19,374 bases of DNA from Planctomycetota bacterium (GTDB lineage: Bacteria > Planctomycetota > UBA11346): positions 1 through 19,374 of the forward strand of contig JBBQSO010000093.1 of the NCBI GenBank assembly GCA_038213805.1. Reading direction: 5' to 3'. The notes below the pieces were generated by a model that saw nothing but the letters and a program-made list of their open reading frames with translations, did not search any database and was not told where the DNA came from. Made by a program: the position numbers and the translations under genes. This document shows, piece after piece, positions 17,589-19,374 of the stretch; the stretch's first letter is position 1, and the number at the start of each line of letters is the position of its first letter.

Positions 17589-17888
17589 ATGGCCTTCGAC
17601 CTGGCCGCCTTCCAGGCGCACATCGCCGCGACCTACGGCGCCAAGGATGCGCAACGCGGCAGCGCCGGCACCTTCATGTACTTGATGGAGGAGATCGGCG
17701 AGCTTGCCGAGGCCCTGCGCGAACCGCAGCGCCACGACCTGCCCGGCGAGTTCGCGGACTGCCTGGCGTGGCTGACCTCGCTCGCCCACCTCGCCGGCGT
17801 CGACCTCGCGGCGGCCACCGCCGCGAAGTACCCGGGACGGTGCCTGCGCTGCGGCGCCACGCCCTGCGCCTGCGACTCGAAGCCATGA
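17589..17888 (+). CDS. MazG-like nucleotide pyrophosphohydrolase, 99 aa
   Basis: EEIGELAEA...EFADCLAWL all-alpha NTP-PPase motif, with a C-terminal CLRCGATPCAC tail. Confidence 0.88.
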   Translation: MAFDLAAFQAHIAATYGAKDAQRGSAGTFMYLMEEIGELAEALREPQRHDLPGEFADCLAWLTSLAHLAGVDLAAATAAKYPGRCLRCGATPCACDSKP

Positions 17889-18889
17889 GCGCCCAGTCGG
17901 CGCCGGCCGCGGCTGGCGGAGCCGAGCCGTCCGCCAGCCCGCGCGTCGGGCGCATCATCGACCGTCTGCTCGCCTGCGCGCGCATCCTGCCGCCGGGCTT
18001 CGCGTGGTGGCTGGGCGGGGTGCTCGGCGACGCCTTCGGACGCCTGCCGATGCGCGACCAGGGTCGCGCCCGCGCCCACCTCGCGCGCGCCTTCCCAGAG
18101 CGCGGCCGGTTCTGGATCGAACGCACCGCGCGCGCCAGCTTCCGCCACGTCGGACGCATGGCGCTGGCCACCCTCGCCACGCTGCACCGCGATGCGCACG
18201 GACTCCGCAAAGGCGTGCTGGTCGAAGGCGCCGAGCACATGCGCGCGCTGCTCGCCGCGACACGGCGCGGCGAAGGCACGGTGTGCTTCACCGGCCACTT
18301 CGGCAACTGGGAGCTGTTCGCGCGCATCGGCGGGGCGATGATCCCGCTCACCGTGGTCGGCCGCCGCCTGCGCAATCCGCTCGCCGACCATCTGGTGCAG
18401 GGCGCGCGCACGCGCAGCGGCGCGCGCCTGCTCTATCAGGACAGCCCGATCCGCGCCTTCGTCAACGAACTGCGCGGCGGGCGGATGCTCGCGGTGCTCA
18501 TCGATCAGGACATCCCGCGCCTGCCCGGCGCCTTCGTACCGTGGTTCGGCATTCCCGCGCACACCCCGACCGGTCCCGCCGGCCTCGCGCTGCTCACTGG
18601 CGCCGCGGTGCAGCCGGCCTTCCTCTACCGTCGTGACGGCCGCTGGGTCCTGCACGCCGGGCCGCGCCGGCGCTTCCCGCGCACCGGCAACCGCGACGCG
18701 GACGCCGCCGCGATCACCGCCTGGGCAACCGCCTACGAAGAGGCGCTGGTGCGGCGGCATCCGGAGCAGTGGGTATGGTGGCACCGGCGCTGGCACACGC
18801 AGGCGGCGCAGGCGGTGCCGGCGCCGGGTCCGGAAGTCCGGAAGTCCGGAAGTCCGGAAGTCGGAGGCAGCGCGGTTCCGCCGGTTTGA
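17885..18889 (+). CDS. Lipid A late acyltransferase family (LpxL/HtrB-like), 334 aa
   Basis: TGHFGNWE, LIDQD, VPWFG and RRHPEQWVWWHRRW. ATGA overlap with the upstream gene. Confidence 0.88.
   Translation: MSAQSAPAAAGGAEPSASPRVGRIIDRLLACARILPPGFAWWLGGVLGDAFGRLPMRDQGRARAHLARAFPERGRFWIERTARASFRHVGRMALATLATLHRDAHGLRKGVLVEGAEHMRALLAATRRGEGTVCFTGHFGNWELFARIGGAMIPLTVVGRRLRNPLADHLVQGARTRSGARLLYQDSPIRAFVNELRGGRMLAVLIDQDIPRLPGAFVPWFGIPAHTPTGPAGLALLTGAAVQPAFLYRRDGRWVLHAGPRRRFPRTGNRDADAAAITAWATAYEEALVRRHPEQWVWWHRRWHTQAAQAVPAPGPEVRKSGSPEVGGSAVPPV
18828..18865. repeat. Octamer array (GTCCGGAA)4 GTCGGA inside the 3' end of the acyltransferase ORF
   Basis: Four perfect copies, translated as GPEVRKSGSPEVG. 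Confidence 0.95.
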
Positions 18890-18988
18890 ACGCACTGCGG
18901 GGGATTGCGGAATTGCCGGGGTGAGCTGATCCTGGGCGTGCGGCACGGAGACTCAGACTCGATTTCATCCCCGACCCGTGTCCCACGA

Positions 18989-19068
18989 GACTTCCGGATC
19001 TCCGGACCTCCGGACTTCCGGTCCTCCCGACCTCCAGACTCCCGGACTTCCGGACTGCCGGCATTCCC
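18989..19068. repeat. Degenerate octamer array, about 10 units of GACTTCCG (reverse complement of the GTCCGGAA family)
   Basis: GACTTCCG GATCTCCG GACCTCCG GACTTCCG GTCCTCCC GACCTCCA GACTCCCG GACTTCCG GACTGCCG GCATTCCC, in exact 8-bp register. Confidence 0.9.
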
Positions 19069-19082
19069 CTAGTCTTCCCGCC

Positions 19083-19374
19083 ATGCCCCGTCCCAGCATC
19101 CGTGCCAGCGGCAACGTCCGCGCCCTTCCCGCCGCCCTGTGGGATAGCCCCTTCCTGCGCGCCTGCCGGGGCGAGCCGGCGCCGCGCACACCGGTGTGGC
19201 TGATGCGCCAGGCGGGACGCTACATGCAGCACTACCGCGGCATCCGCTCGGGACGTTCCTTCCTGGAGCTGTGCAAGGACCCCGCGCTGGCAGCCGAGGT
19301 CACGGTGTTCGCGCGCCAGTGGCTGGACGTCGACGCGGCGATCATCTTCAGCGACATCCTGGTGGTGCTCGAGG
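19083..19374 (+). CDS. hemE: Uroporphyrinogen decarboxylase (5' part, runs off the window)
   Basis: Manual translation gives [51 protein letters not shown]. It is not in the ORF track because there is no stop in the window. Confidence 0.95.
   Translation, partial: MPRPSIRASGNVRALPAALWDSPFLRACRGEPAPRTPVWLMRQAGRYMQHYRGIRSGRSFLELCKDPALAAEVTVFARQWLDVDAAIIFSDILVVLE

Noticed and set aside
748..17884. Extended N-termini in the ORF track (748, 2529, 5514, 6884, 6846, 9843, 13489, 16517, 17457, 17768)
   Set aside because: The extensions overlap other genes or repeats. Family similarity, RBS or stop/start overlaps point to the later starts reported.
262..18946. Numerous long overlapping ORFs (e.g. 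262-1518, 2445-4058, 4264-5769, 10505-11866, 14674-16347, 17633-18946)
   Set aside because: They are antisense or off-frame shadows of recognisable genes, expected in high-GC DNA, and have no family motifs.

Overview
High-GC bacterial chromosomal window. Gene style suggests a Planctomycetota/PVC-like Gram-negative organism, but that is an inference. It holds about 18 mostly housekeeping genes: BrxA/B bacilliredoxin, ferredoxin-MBL hydrolase, carbon-nitrogen hydrolase, purB, a Gfo/Idh/MocA dehydrogenase plus TIM-barrel sugar isomerase pair, NUDIX, a small degenerate PD-(D/E)XK-like protein, a membrane-anchored hypothetical coupled to trpD, hrpB, class I DAHP synthase, oligopeptidase A, a CsbD-like small protein, a HIT-MazG-lipid A acyltransferase cluster and the 5' part of hemE. 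I found no rRNA, tRNA, CRISPR array, transposase or integrase. The most unusual signal is non-coding: seven short tandem arrays of 7- or 8-bp units sit at gene boundaries. They reuse the same unit families up to 18 kb apart (TCTAGGG, GTCCGGAA, CC[C/T]CAGG). They often switch unit sequence mid-array while keeping register, and twice occur as inverted pairs enclosing 75-120 bp spacers. This looks like the footprint of a dispersed repeat-generating or repeat-flanked element system rather than independent microsatellites. All family calls come from motif recognition by eye; no searches were run.
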